NCBI RefSeq assembly: GCF_001194135.2
Contig: NC_068991.1
Coordinates: 31,961,430 to 32,011,358, forward strand
Source of the DNA: Octopus bimaculoides
Taxonomy: Eukaryota
DNA length: 49,929 nucleotides
Direction of reading: 5' to 3'
Shown: piece after piece, positions 10,624-24,700 of the stretch
How the letters are laid out: each line of letters begins with the position of its first letter
How positions within the stretch are numbered: position 1 is the first letter of the stretch
Program-made: the position numbers and the translations under genes
Notes under the pieces: generated by a model
Told to the model about the DNA's origin: nothing
Seen by the model: the letters and a program-made list of their open reading frames with translations, nothing else
The model's database searches: none

Positions 10624-13379
10624 GTAAGTGATTACTGGTCAAGGGATTTCTCTCATTATTTCTCTAAAGTCACTTTGCTTCATTGAAACTGTTAATTTTT
10701 GAATTTGGATTTAAACAGGAAAAAGAATTTATAGTTATTAATATAGGTATAATCTAAAGTAATCAATGAGATTATTGGGCTGAAGTGATTCTGTTGTGCT
10801 GGAGTTGTAAACCACTCTAGTGCTCAGACCAGGATCAAGAAACAATTTGCTCAAACTCCTTATTACAGTTTGGAGCTGAAGTGTCTTCTAGCCCCAAAGA
10901 GAAAGGTCAATTTTTGTTGAGGCTAAGGGTTATAACACTTAGCATTTGTGACAACTTTGGTGGTAAAAGTTGTATAGCATTTACATGTGGGCTTGGTACA
11001 ATGTTTTCATCATCCGTCATGATTGTGTCTTTGTGTTGCTAAAGGAGACAAGACAAGATCTCAGTGGAGAGTGTTAACGAGGTGTCTGTTCATGGTATCA
11101 GGTTTGGATGATGTTTCAGTTCAGAAGGTGGTGAATAAATGGCAGTACTGTCTGCATTGAAGTAGGCATTGTTAGAAGGTGAAGGCCCAAGTCGGGTTTC
11201 CAGTAGATCTGGCTTTACAAAAGTCAAATAGTTGTCATTAAATGAGGATAGGCAGGGAAGAAGGCTTCAAGGTGATGGAGAATTTTGTTAATATCTGTCT
11301 CTATTGAGTGATAGGGCAATAGCAGGCAGGAGTTGGGACAGTTGATGCCTCTTACTTGCAGTGTGTTACTCCTCACAAGCTTAACTGCCATTTGAGAAAA
11401 TCTGGAGAATCAACTATTGGACAGGAATGGGAATGCAAATAAATCCAAAGGCACAGTTTTCAGAGATGTTCCAGTGCTAGTAACAAAATGAATTTTTAGG
11501 ACAGTTTTCTGATATATTTTAATGATAAGAACTAAAACAAACTTCATGTTAATTTTTTTGTTTAAGATGGAAATTTCTTTCTATAATTTTTTTTTCTCTG
11601 AAATCTTTTGTTTTTAGATAAACAGGAAGGAAGAGAAAGTTCAACTGATTACATCTCTATCTCTAATATTCAAACATGGCCAGAATATTTTAAAACTTCC
11701 ATTTCTCTCCCAAAAAGTGGTAAGTTAACTGCCTTGTTTTGATATTGTGTGTGTGCTTGCTTATATACTAGCTGATGTACCCTGTAATTCCTGGAAAAGT
11801 GGGGCTTATCCCTTGGTTCCGTTCTCATAATTGTTTTGCTCATCCAATAACAACAATACAAAGTATGTAGCCCTTAAAGCAGTTGAAATAGATTTACAAT
11901 GAATGTAGAAACAGATTGACATTTAGTTTTACAGTAGACATACAAATAAATTTGCATATAGATTTTAAATTAAAATAACATGTAGATTATCAATACATTT
12001 ACAACACTTATGAAAACATCAACATGGCTGTCAATTTGAATTAAGAAAATGTTCCTACATGTAAACAGTGAGTGAACTGTATGAAAACAGTGCAAATTAC
12101 AGTGTATTGATTGATAGATGGTGATTTCTATTGTTTAGGAAAATACTATTTACTTGTTTTAGGGTTCATCATCATCATCATCATCGTTTAACGTCCGCTT
12201 TCCATGCTAGCATGGGTTGGACGATTTGACTGAGGACTGGTGAAACCGGATGGCAACACCAGGCTCCAATCTAATTGGGCAGAGTTTCTACAGCTGGATG
12301 CCCTTGTACTGGGTAAATTATAAAAATAACTCTGACAGTTCAAATACTAAGAAATAAACATACTCAACTTGATTTATCTTAATATATAAATCTGAAATTG
12401 TGTGTTTGTGTGAAGCCTTTTTGAATGTTTATAGAAATCCACATTTTCCACTTTTTCGTAAAAATTTTTACATCAATGGAATTTTCTCGATCTGAACTTT
12501 CCAGTGCAGTAATTAGATTTTTAAAATTCCGTTTACTTTGTGTGATTTAAGGGAGATTTGACTGCAGCAATTCATCACATTCCAGTAGCTACTTTGAACA
12601 TAATGCAAAATGGTGCATCAACATCTTCTGCCCAATCTGATAGAATTCTGGCAAAACTGTTTAGCAACAGATCGCCAGCAATTGCTTCATCACAAATTGC
12701 CATCCTAGCTCCTGTGAAAAGGGATTACCCTGCTATGTATAATCAGGGCAGCGCAAAAAGTTGTTTTGCATAAGCATTTCTATAGCCAATTACACGGATG
12801 AAATTTACGTATGCTTAATAATTTTACGCAAAACAGCCTTCAGATTTTCCCTATTAATTTCATCGTCTTTTGAATTATGAACATATTTACATCATAAGGG
12901 TTTTTTCATTGTAAGGCTTTCTTTTTTAGTTGATTTTCAGCTAGCAAGACTTGTCGTAGATGGCATAATAAGTCACACTCAGACAAGGTCGGGTTATACT
13001 GCTAGCACCAAATAAAATGATTGACCTTGTCTGACAATTTCTTGTAAGAACGTCCACGTAATGTAGAATGCTTGTTTAATAAATCGAGAAGTATTTATAC
13101 ATTTTTTTCATTTATTATATCTAGGGAAGTGAATTGGTTATTTCCTTTGACTAGGAAAATGAATGGGTTATTTCCTTTGGTGGATAATGGTTATATATGT
13201 GGATCCCTTCTATGGGCCATAGCCATCCAATTATAGATTTTTATTAAACTTCAATGAGTCTGGTAACAAACTGGATGCTACTTTGGCATGTTTGCAAAGT
13301 TTCACGAAAATTCGCTAACAGGTGTAGATGACAACTTAACACAAACAGACAACTTGCTTTTGTATATGCATAAGATAAG

Positions 13380-13434
<55 letters not shown>

Positions 13435-16400
13435 GTATATATAGACATCATAATAATGTATAAACTTTTGAGAGAAAATGAAATCACTTTTCTTTGGAAC
13501 TGAATATCAAAGTAGATGATACTGCTTAAAATGATAGCAGCATGTAAAAAAAGGGTATATATGCTCTGAGATCCACTTCCATAAAAAGAATTATATCCTG
13601 CCAGCTAGGTCATTGATTAATTATCCTGTGGAGATAAAATAGCAGAAAATAGTTTTATAATCTAATAACAGGGAATGTAATTGATAATGTAGTTATTTGC
13701 CAAGCAGTAGATAGATGGTTCAAGTCACACCATTGACACTCTTGTTCTCTCTCAACTTTGCATCATCATTAACTTACATTAGAAATCTGCATAATTAATT
13801 CATTTATATTTATTGTTTTGTTTTATTGTTTGACTTTATTTTCATTTTAGATAAAGATGTCGGAGAGAAACAAAGTGGGCGGAGTGCAGGAGATGATGTT
13901 AAAAGTGAGTAGCTATTTCACACCCTCTCATTTCATATGATTCATAAGCGTGAGTGTGTGCTGTGTTATGTGTGTATGTCAGTGCAGGAGATGATGTTTA
14001 AAGTGAGTAGCTATGTCACATACTATTATTTCATATGGTTTATGAGTGTATGTGTTTGTGAGTCTATTTGTATATGTACTTGATTTTATATGTATGTGTG
14101 TATATATTTATATACCTAATGTTTCTGTCTATTTATTTTGCAGTGTACTCAGTGAATCCTGACATTAATAAAAAAATATCATTGCACAAAGGTGACATTA
14201 CTAAGTTGAAGGTAGATGTCATTGTTAATGCTGCTAACTCCTCATTGCTTGGTGGAGGAGGAGGTAAGTTGATGAAATTTTGTAGGTGGAGGAGGGTATT
14301 TTCAATGTATTGTAGTGTTGTAGAATATGGGCTGCAGTATGGAGTGGTGTTTGTGTAGAATGTGTTATAATATTGCTTGATGATCATATAGAGCATGGGT
14401 TGTTGTATCAGGTGGTGATTATGCAATGTGTTACATATTGAGTGGTAATCATACAGAATATGGGTTATATTGGGTGATTGCATAGAGTATGTTATAATAT
14501 TAGGTGTTGATTGTGTAGAGCAAGAGCAGTGGTTCCCAAAGTGGGTGGTACCATCCCCCTGGGAACAGTGGAAACATCTAGAGGAGTGTTGGAGAAAATT
14601 AGGGTGATGGATGGCATTGTACCCCTTCTATTTTTAAATGGTACACTTGGGTTTAGAAAATAGTGCTTAAAAAAAGATCTGAAAAAGCAAGCAAAGAACA
14701 AAAATGAATAAAAAAGAAACCCAAAAGTTTTCTAGTGAAGCTGGTCATAAAACTCTCAAGAGAATTCTCTAGAAAGATGAAAACATGGTGTTGACAAATA
14801 AAGTATCAACAAGGAGAATAATGACAAGAACAACAGCAACAAAGCAGTGAAAAGAGTGTGTGTGTATATATGTATGTGGATGTTTGGTTTTATGTATCTG
14901 TGGATGTATAGTTTTATGTGAGTGTGTGTCTATGTATGAATATGTAAGATTCATGCCATGCTGTGTAATGTTTGTATATGTAAACATATACGATGTATGT
15001 ATATCATCATCATCATCATCATTTAATGTCTGCTTTCCATGCTGGCATGGGTTGGATGGTTTCATTGAAGACTGCAAGCCAGGAGGCTGCACCACGCTCT
15101 AATCTGATCTAGCAAGGTTTCTATGGCTGGATGCCCTTCCTAATGCCAACCACTCTGAGAGTGTAGTGGGTGCTTTTTATGTGCCACCAGCATGGGAACC
15201 AGTCAGGCAGCACTGGCATCAACCACACTCAGATGGTGCTTTTTACATGCCTCTGGCACTAGTATTGATTGACCACACTCGAATGGTGTTTTTTATGTAC
15301 CACCAGCACAGGAGCCAGTCAGGTGGCACTAGCATTGACCACGCTTGAATGGTGCTCTTTACGTGCCACTGGCACGAGTGCCATTCAGGCGGCACTGGCA
15401 TCAGCCATAACTGCAATTTCACTTCACTCGACAGGTCTTCTCAATCACAGCATATCTCTAAAGTCTCGGTCACTTGTCATTGCCTCTGTGAGCCCCAATG
15501 CTCGAAGGCTGTGCTTCACCACTTCATCCCATGTCTTCCTGGGTCTACCTCTTCCACAGGTTCCTTCCACTGTTAGGGTGTGACACTTCACACAGCTGTC
15601 CTCATCCATAAACATATAAGATTACTACTGTGTGTATTTATATATATAGACATATGACTACTTTTATGCCCTTTTTACCCCTCCTTAATCTGGATGCTGT
15701 ACGAGAGTGAAGAATTTGTACTTCATTGAATTGAATAAATGATGTACCCAGGCTCTATGCTACCTGCATTTGCACAGATCTTCTTTTCAGACACAAACAA
15801 CATCCCCACAACAACTACCTTCCCATTGTCCCTCTCAAGTACACAGTTTTAGTGCTGCAACCATCAGCATTAAGCCCAATGAAGGGGAGATCTGGTGTGA
15901 TTATTGAAATAATGGAGCAACACCATGTTGAATAAGGGAACAAGGCTACTGGATGTGATGCAAATGATCTTGTGATCTGCAACACTAACTTCAGAAAACC
16001 AGCCAGTCACCTAATCACTTATCAATCTGGTGGGAACATAAGCCAGGTTGATTACTTCCTCACCAGGCAAGCGATAGGCTGATGCTCACAAATGCAAAGT
16101 CTTTTCCCAAGTGAAGAGTGTACACCCTAACATAGGCTACTAGTTAGTGACTTCAGAATTAGGTCTAGAAAAGATTATGGAAGCTCAAAGACCCAGCAAA
16201 CCAACAAAATTTAGAGAATGCTACTAGAAGCCTCTGATGATAGAGAGGAGGAGAAGTGATATGGTGGGGGAACAAGGAGGTGGATAGCACTATAAAAGCA
16301 AAGAGACAGGCCTGGAAAGACTGGGAAAACAGCAGAAGCAGAGCATTGTATTAGGGAGCCAGAAGGGAGGCTAGGTGAAAAGTTTACATAGCAAAAGGAA

Positions 16401-19400
16401 TAAAAGAAGGTAAGATATTTGCCAATGTTTCACAGCATGAGGATCAGAGGTGTGAGGTGTTCAGGATTGCAAAGCAGTGTATCAGAGAGAATAGAGATGT
16501 GGTGGGTGAGAAATGTGTGCGAATGGATAATGGTACTTGCACTCAGTGACTCAGAGAAGAAAGATGTGTGGAGATGCCATTATGAAAGGTTACTCAATGT
16601 GAAGAATGATTGAGAAAAGGAGAGTTATTCAGATATCAAACCAATTGAAGTATCAGCCATCAGAGTTGATAGCAGTATAATAGATTAGGTAGTTAAGGAT
16701 ATGAAAGCTGGGAAAGCCCCTGGACCATTGGGTATCACTGCGGAGATGATTAAAATATCCGTCGGTGTGGGATACAGCCTAATCACTTGTATAGTTAATC
16801 AGGTTATTCAAGAAGGCGTCATCCCCAATGACTGGTGTAACAGTATTATAGTTAGCCGCTACAAGTGTGAAGGTGATGACTACAGAGCTATCAAATTGCT
16901 GGACCAGGTTATGAAAGTTACAGAGAGAGTTATAACACAATTGATTATGAATAGTATTAAATTAGATAAGATGCAGTTTGGTTTTGTTCCAGAAGTACCA
17001 CAGATGCCATCTTCATAGTGAGACAGTTGCAAGAAAAGTATTTGACCAAAAGTAAACCATTGTACTTAGCTTTTGACAGGGTCTCCCACTGTCTTATCTG
17101 GTGGTCTCTAAGGAAGCTAGGAGTAAAGGAGTGGCTTGTTATAGCTGTTCAAGCCATGTACAGTGATGCTGTCAGTAAGGTGAGAGTCGAACGTGAATAC
17201 AGTGATGAATTTAGCATACAAGTTGGAGTTCGTCGGGGATCAGTTCTTCGTCCCCTTTTATACATCATAGACTTCCAGACCTTAACAGGAGACTTCAAAG
17301 CTGGATGCCCATGAGAATTGATATATGCTGATGACCTCGCTGTTATTGCAGAATGTGAAGCAGAACTGGAGAAGTTCCAGGTATGGAAGCAAAACCTGAG
17401 ATCAAAGGGCCTTAAAATTAACTTAGCAAAGACTGAAGTTGTTGTTAGCAAGAAAACAGACAAGACTCTCTTTCTGTCCGGTAAATGGCACTTTTGCTGT
17501 TTCTCACTCTCTCTCTCTCTTTCTCTTTCCCTTGCCTTTCTCTCTGGCTGGGTTGCCATGTATCTCCTCTACAGCAACACACTTGTTCTGCACTCATTCT
17601 TGATCACTCTCTCTCTACACTTCTCTGGCTTTTCCCTCTGGCTAGGTAACCAAGTATGTTCTTTACATTGGCACACCTGTTTCTGTCCTCTTTCTCCTCT
17701 CACTCTCTGTCTCTTTCTAAGTCAGTGGTTCCCAACTTGGGGTCCGCGGACCCCTGGTGGTCTGCAAAGTTAATACTAGGGGTCCATGAACTAAACTCAA
17801 AATTTCATATATATGTATGTATACATAAGGATATGCATATCAAAAGGGGTCCATGGGAAAACTCATTTAAATAAAAGGATTGGGAACCACTGTTCTAAGT
17901 AAAGAACTGTGTTATTTTAATGCATTTTATGAGTGTAACATTCGTCGTCATTGTTTAACGTCTGTCTTCTATGCTAGCATGGGTGGTACAGTACCACAAG
18001 AGCAGGCCAGGCCAAAGCCTGCACTAATCTTCTGTGACTGTTTTGGCAAGATTTTTACAGCTGGATGCCATTTCATTTCTAACACCAACCACTCAGCAGA
18101 CTGGACTTAGTACTTTTTACATGGCACATGCATAGGCAAGGTGAGGAGTGCTTTTTTATGTGGCACAAGCACAGGTAAGGTCAGTTTTGGCAAGGTTTTT
18201 ACAGCTGGATGCCCTTCCGAACACCAACCACTTTACAGGAAGTACAAGGATACCCAGCCTGAGAGAGAAAGATCAGGAATGAAGACGGAAACTGGTATGC
18301 TACTGTAAAGAAAATACATGGTTACCCAACCTGAAGGAAGTGCAGGAGATGGAGAGAGTGGAAGACAGCAGGATAGAGATGGTGGTAAAATGCCCAGCAT
18401 ATTCACAAGGAACAGAGATTAGAATATAAATGAGATGGTTGAGTAAAGGAAGAGAGAGATATAGATGGTGGCAAATGCTAGTGTGTACCCTTGAGGTTCA
18501 AACGCCATAATATAAGTGGCAGGATATTCCAAAGGGAGTGTGATTAAAGAGTATAAGTGATGAAAGACCTGGGTATATATAGAGTTGGCTGGGCTACCTG
18601 AGAGCAATGATACAGAAGATCAGAGGTGTGAGGACAGGATTGGGGAGTGAGAGCTTGGCATAGTGTATGAAGGACCAAGTGTGGGATAAAGAAGACATGT
18701 AGATTGGTTTGTTGGGGTAGGGTGAGGGAAAAGTTTTGTTGTTACATATGGGTGGAACACCCAGGTCAGGGGTTAGCAGATATCAATGATAGTGAGATAG
18801 AGCACGTGGGTGAAATGTACAGGTTGGGGGCAAGCGGAGAGCAATGATAGAGTGGCTCAAGGCCAAGAGGATAGGATTGGGGAATGGGAGGTAATCATAG
18901 TACATGAAGCAGAAATGTGAGGAAGAGAAGAGATGTAGAGACATAGTTTGATTTGTTGTGGTAGAGTGTGTGAGAAGTTTTCTTAAGTGTGGGTGGGACA
19001 CACAGTGCTTCTAGAACTCTGTTTCGCTGATGTGGGCGTGTCTTCTCAAGGATTTCATATCACCAGACATCTCGGTCCATTGTCATTTCCTCCGTGAGGC
19101 CCAACCTCCTGAGATCAGTCCTTACCACTTCATCTCATGTCTTTCTGGGTCTCCCTCTTCTACGAAGCATCATGTTGTCTACCTTTCACTCTGAGAGGGA
19201 GTCCTTTTGTTGCCAACAGAAGTAATAACTCTCTGAACTTCCTCTACCCAATTCTTATTCTAGAAATAATACTTTCAGAGTATTGCTAATTTGGTCACCT
19301 AGGTAACAGAAACTATCTAAAACTTCAAGAGAGCCTCCTGAGCATTTGAGGGAATCTAATTCCTGTGTGCTCTTAGTAACATTAGTTTCAAATTTTGGCA

Positions 19401-20759
19401 CAAGGCTAGCAACTTCAGGAGAGGGGCTAAGTTGATTAAATTGACTCCAGTGCTTAACTGTTACTTATTTTATTGGTCCCAAGAGGATGAAAGGCAAAGT
19501 GACTTACGTGGAATTGGAACTTGGAATGTAAAGATGGACTTTAGAATTGGTGGAATACATGTCATCATAGTAGAGTTTGGACTGGAGCTCAGCAATTGTT
19601 TTTGTTTTTCAGTGATTTCCACAACTTTTTCAAATCTGTTTTAGAAACTCAATCATTCTGAATTTGAAAAAAAAAAGACATTTAATTAATACTTGTAGGA
19701 CTTTCAGAATAGCTGTCTTACATCATCATCATCATCATCATTTCTAGGCTATTGTGTCTGTTTTGGCAGGGAATTTACAGCTGGATGCCTTTCTTGACAC
19801 TAACCACTCTGCAAAGTGAACTGAGTGCTTTTTACATGGCACTGGTAGAGGTAATGTTAGTTTTACTTCCCCTCTGGCTAAGTAAACCTGTCTCCTAGCT
19901 TCCCTTCTGGCAGTCTGATACAATTCCCTGCTACCTCTGTTCTTCCAGTCCTTCCAAGCCTGTTTCTTTTGTCTAATAACCCTGTCAACCACATTGTTCC
20001 ACCACCACATTACCTTGGGTCAAGAGGGGACTTTACACCAGCCACAGATCTGATCGGTGGCTCTCAACAGGTTGTCCCGTAGAAACCTCCAGTTGTCTTC
20101 CACGTTATATGATGCTATATCCCCTTTCTATTTCGTCAAATGCTTCAAGTAGTATGTCCCTAAATCTTTAAGCTTCCAAAGCCTTCTCCTCCAAGCCGGT
20201 TTACATCTGGGCATCCTTTTTGCCTTGATTTCGAAGTCGCTAACTACTAACCTGTGTTGATGGGTACATTCTTCGCCCGGGAAGGTTTTGGCATTTATAA
20301 GCTGCCCTCTTTCCCTATTTCTGGCAAGGATGTACTCGATTTGACTAGAGTGTCTGCCGGAACGGTAGGTGACTAGGTTCTTTTATCATATTTGGCACTC
20401 CATTTATTGTTGTTAATTTTATCTTCATGCCCTATACCGGGCTTGCTTTTTATATCAAGAGTTTATCTTTTATTAGTTGCAGGAGAAAATTGAGATGGTA
20501 TTGTCTTCATGCTTTTCTCAGGGAGTAACTTAGAAATGTAAATGAAAAATAAATTGGTTTCATCCAAGTGGCCCCTTTTTCTTCATTGCAAGGTAACAAT
20601 TGTATTTGTATGGTTAAGGAGTGGGGGCTTCCTGGAAGTACATCAAACTCGCATATGATTAGGATTCTGAAGCCAAGGGGAAAAAAAAAACTCCATACAA
20701 TAAACACGCCACAACAGTACAAACGTCTGTTCTTTACTCTGTATTTTTCATGTAAACAC

Positions 20760-20797
<38 letters not shown>

Positions 20798-21714
20798 CAC
20801 AAGGTATAGGTACAGTATTTTGTTTATCAGTTTCACTCACAAGGTAATATTGGCTAGCCTTCGGTTACAGTAGAAAATTTTTGCCCAAGGTACCATGCAG
20901 CAAGATAGACCTCAATACCAAGCTCTATATGCACAACTCCTCAAGGAAACACAAAATTCCTGACTAGTGGGTCCAAGCCTTTGGAGGAAGTAAGAGAGGG
21001 GTCTCTTTATTCCCTGTGGGAAAGCTAACAAAACCAGCAGATTGTTTGAATATATTGCTTGTGAATTTTGCCTCTCAAGGAAATATTAATGCGTTTTGAT
21101 CATATATCTGCTTGATCAAAAACATTCCAGTTATGACCATCCTGTCTTTTTGGTATAGCTTGAACAATATTACCTAATATGATCTTCTGCTTATTACAAC
21201 TTTGATTTGGGGGAAATTTGGCTGCTATATCTAGTAGGTCGTGTGAGCATGTGTGTGGTTATGTGTGATTACAAGTGTTTGTGTGTCTGTGCATGTGTAC
21301 GTGTGTCTGTGCATGTGTACGTGTGTCTGTGTGTCTGCATGTGTTTATGTGTCTATCTGCATGCTTGTGTGTGTGTTTGTGTTAGTGTGTCTGTTTCTCA
21401 CATCTGCTGTATTCTCACTGCTATTTATGGAGATATTGAATGAAGTGTGTCCTAAAAGCTCTTTAACTGATATTATGTACACGTGAAGTGTAGGACCACC
21501 TCATTGCTATCACCATCTCCACCCTCTTAACATCATTCACCACCATCTTGTGAAGCAAAATTCCCAAGTCTTCTACTTGAGCTGAGAGTGTTATAAGTGA
21601 AGAATAATCCACTCAATGAAGGATGGTCAATCTGATGTAAGGTCTGTGCTTTCACTGAAGGACTTGTGGGCTCTTCACAGTTATATATTTACTTGACATG
21701 CACAGGCATACAAG

Positions 21715-21762
<48 letters not shown>

Positions 21763-24700
21763 TGTATGCAAATGTTAAATGTTCTCTCTTACAAATGCAC
21801 ACTCAGGTAGAAGTGCACTCATACAAATGTATATGTGAACATATATGCATATAGTGCTAGCTGAGGGAGTGTGTGTGGTATTGTCTGAGGGATTTTACAC
21901 TCAGTATGTGTATGGTTTTGTCATATGTGTGTATTGTTGTTTGTGCATGTGTAAGTATGTGTTGCTGATTGCATGTGTGTGTATTGCTGTCTGTGTGTGA
22001 GTGTGTTTTGCTCTTTGAATGTGTGCATGTGTGATGCTATCTGCTTGTGTATGTATATGTTGGTGTGTGTGTTGCTGTTTTCCTGTGAAAGTGTGTATAT
22101 ATGTCTGCTGTTGTTTACCTCCTGTATGTTTTCTATTGATGGGAATTGGTATTGACACAGCAGAACTGTGGTCAGAGACATACCACCCTTGATCAGCTTG
22201 TAATTTTTGGCAAGTATTTAGAATTCCAATAGATAATGTGTCCTTCACTTTTTTTAAGACAGAAGGTGTGATTTGAGAGAGATTTAACTGTTTTGAATTC
22301 TCATGTAGGAAATATGAGGCTAACAGTTTGTCTAAATATCTGGTTATGTTTTTGTGTAGTTTTAGGTGAGTCTCTATACTAATGACTGGGTATGGTGCAC
22401 AGTCCTGCCATGCTTGCACATTCTAATTAATATGCAGTTGTTATTGGCCGAGTGTGCAGTAATGTTGTAGTTCCTTTATTGTCTGCTTTTGTTTAGCCTC
22501 AGGTCATCTCTGATTGAGCTGGCCTATGATAAATCTTTCCAGTCATGACCATTCCATTATTTCACAAAGTGTATTTAGCTCTATATTGTCAATGTTGTGA
22601 TTTGAAGGATTATCTGTGTTTCTATGTAGCTTCTCCACTTATTATAAATAGCATTCTTGTTAGCTTGTGTGACTCTTTTGTTGCTGTTGTCATGTAGCAG
22701 TGGTACTAATTGCCATGAGCAGGTGTGGTTGAGCAGATAGATGTATGATATACAGGTAGCTCTACACAGAGCTACACTGTGTCAGTTTTACTATCTGCTA
22801 CATTGATCTTGGAATAGATCTGTCTAGCACAGTGGTTCTCAACTGAGGTCCATATGGCCCTTGAGGGTCCATATAAGATTTTTGGGGGTCCATACAACAA
22901 AATAGTAAATTGGGGAACCACAATATATTTTAAGGGCCCCTGAAAAAATTTTGCTTTAGATGTATGTATTAGTATGTACTGCAAGAAACAACTAAATTTC
23001 TTGCTGTAGCATTTTACATAGCTCAACCTATACAAGTTATTGTGTGAAAAACAAAATAGGAATTTTGAAAGAAGTTTCTATAAAACTAGTTATTAAACAT
23101 CAAATGACTATGGGGGTCCATCAGAATAAAATAGTAATGAAAGGGGTCCATAGATAAGAAATGGTTGAGAATCCCTAGCAGATAGTAAAACAAGATTAAT
23201 CTGTATGCAGTGGGGAAAGTCTGTGAGTGGCTGTTGTGTCTGTCCATCATCTGATGGAACACTTTGGAGTTCACTAGGTGATGTTGGACACCTTGGCCCA
23301 ACTATAGTGGGACATGAAACCCATCTTTGGGTAGCTTTGTGTTTGTTTCAATCAATTTATAATATTTCATCTTTTACATGCTGGGGCACTGCTTTGAAGG
23401 GTTTAGTCAAACAAATCGACTCCCATTCTTATTTTTAAGCCTGGTAATTGTTCTAATGGTCTCTTTTTGAACCACTAAGTTAGTGGTAATAAGCTTGCTT
23501 CCCAACTACATGATTCTGGGTTCAGTCCCACTGTGTGGTGCCTTGGGCAAGGGTGTTCAGGCTGACCAAATCCTTGTGAGTGGATTTAGTAGACAGAAAC
23601 TGAAAAGAAGCCTGTTACGTATACCTTTGTGTGTGTGTGTGTGTGTGTACTTGTCTCAAATCACCGCTTTGACAACTGGTGTTTAGCAGTTCAGCAAAAG
23701 AGTTCAATAAAATAAATACCAGGCTTAAGAAATATTAGTACTGGGGTTGATTCATTCGACTAAAAATTCTTCAAGGTGGTGCTCCAACATGGCCACAGTC
23801 TAATGACTGAAACAAGTAATGGATAAAAGAAAAACCAACACTGGTTGTCAAGCAGTGATGAGGGACAGACACTTAGACACACATGCATACAACAGGCTTC
23901 TTTCAGTTTCTGTCTACCAAATCTACTCACAAAGCTTTGGTCAGCCCAGGGTTATTGTAGAAGACACCCAAGATGGTGTGCAGTAGAACTAAACCCCAAA
24001 CCACATGATTGGGAAGCAAACCTATCACACAGCCACACTTGCTCCTATAAAATAATCTTGAACATAATCTTGAATATGTTTTATGTAAATGTAATACATA
24101 TGTGCTAAGGTTTTAAAAAATGTTTTGTTACGTCATCATTGTATTGTTTTGTTTACATTTTTATGTAACCTTAGAAGCTGTCAAAGTTTGGAGTAGACAC
24201 CTGTTTTGATTTTTGGTGATTATATTGTTCAGTTAGCCTATATATATATATATATATATGACGTTGACCACTAACGTGGACATTTAATGTGCTAGAAATA
24301 GATCACATCTTGTGTCTAAAAAGACCTAAATTGTTCTCAACATGAAATATAGCGTGATACCAAAACGTAAGCGGGCAAGACATTTAAAATCACCGAAAAG
24401 GAACATTATTAAACAGGTACCGGTTTCAAATTTAACAATCTTACCGACTGTCTATTTCTCTTCAGCCTGATTTGTAATGGAACCATAATCATCAGAACCC
24501 CATACAAAGTTGCCCACCGCCATAGGTGCGCGTGCATATGGTTNNNNNNNNNNNNNNNNNNNNNNNNNNNNNNNNNNNNNNNNNNNNNNNNNNNNNNNNN
24601 NNNNNNNNNNNNNNNNNNNNNNNNNNNNNNNNNNNNNNNNNNNNNNNNNNNNNNNNNNNNNNNNNNNNNNNNNNNNNNNNNNNNNNNNNNNNNNNNNNNN

